Source: Nitrospirota bacterium
GTDB taxonomy: Bacteria > Nitrospirota > UBA9217
Direction of reading: 5' to 3'
Assembly (NCBI GenBank): GCA_963796285.1
Contig: CAWCKW010000012.1
Location: forward strand, 352,001-416,000
Length of the DNA stretch: 64,000 nt
The position numbers and the translations under genes were made by a program. Under the pieces are notes generated by a model, which saw only the letters and a list, made by a program, of their open reading frames with translations, was not told where the DNA came from and made no database searches. Positions 63,666-64,000 of this stretch are shown in pieces. Every line of letters begins with the position of its first letter. The first letter of the stretch is position 1.

Positions 63666-64000
63666 TTACATGTACATGCCGCCGTTCACATGGATCACCT
63701 GGCCGGTGATGTACGAAGCCCAGGGTGAAGCAAGGAAACGGACGGCATTCGCCACGTCCTCGGGCGTGCCGAGCTTGCCCATGGGGATCTGCTTCGCGAG
63801 TTCTGCCCTGACATTTTCGGACAGTGCCTGCGTCATGGCGGTATCGATAAAACCCGGGGCCACGGCGTTAGCCGTGATGCCGCGGTTCGCATATTCCCTG
63901 GCAATGGTCTTGGTCAGGCCGATGAGACCTGCCTTGGATGCGACGTAGTTCGCCTGTCCCGCATTGCCCATGGCTCCGACGATCGAGGCGATGTTGATGA
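63666..64000 (-). CDS. fabG: 3-oxoacyl-ACP reductase, 5' part outside the window
   Basis: [30 protein letters not shown]. Confidence 0.95.
   Translation of the reverse strand, partial: INIASIVGAMGNAGQANYVASKAGLIGLTKTIAREYANRGITANAVAPGFIDTAMTQALSENVRAELAKQIPMGKLGTPEDVANAVRFLASPWASYITGQVIHVNGGMYM

Overview
Bacterial chromosomal window, probably a diderm; gene content suggests Nitrospirota or Desulfobacterota, which is inference only. (1) 1-44 kb is a mosaic surface-polysaccharide / PEP-CTERM-associated locus. It carries many GT2/GT4/GT-C glycosyltransferases, a flippase, a Wzy/ligase-like protein, a deacetylase, FemAB and GNAT transferases, methyltransferases, a ferredoxin plus radical SAM pair, a WbpA-like dehydrogenase, prsK/prsR, a decayed exosortase, two large S8 proteases with FnIII repeats, and IS/MITE debris. 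(2) 44-52 kb has an FnIII lipoprotein, a beta-barrel protein, a Crp regulator, tRNA-Val(GAC), a NodIJ-like ABC exporter and an ArsS/disulfide reductase/TVP38 cluster. (3) 52-64 kb is housekeeping: rpiB-gnd-tkt-tal-zwf-pgl, GYD, CooT, and fabG-acpP-fabF-rnc-radical SAM on the minus strand. Many genes, including housekeeping ones, have single-base frameshifts that look like assembly errors. The most notable signal is a set of apparently split fibronectin-III modules. One protease has its last FnIII domain interrupted by a membrane hairpin ending in an internal lipobox. One secreted protein and a decayed paralog end in an orphan FnIII A-strand, and one lipoprotein has an FnIII domain that seems to lack that strand. 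Together they may form an undescribed strand-complementation anchoring system beside a dead exosortase; this is a hypothesis, not tested here.
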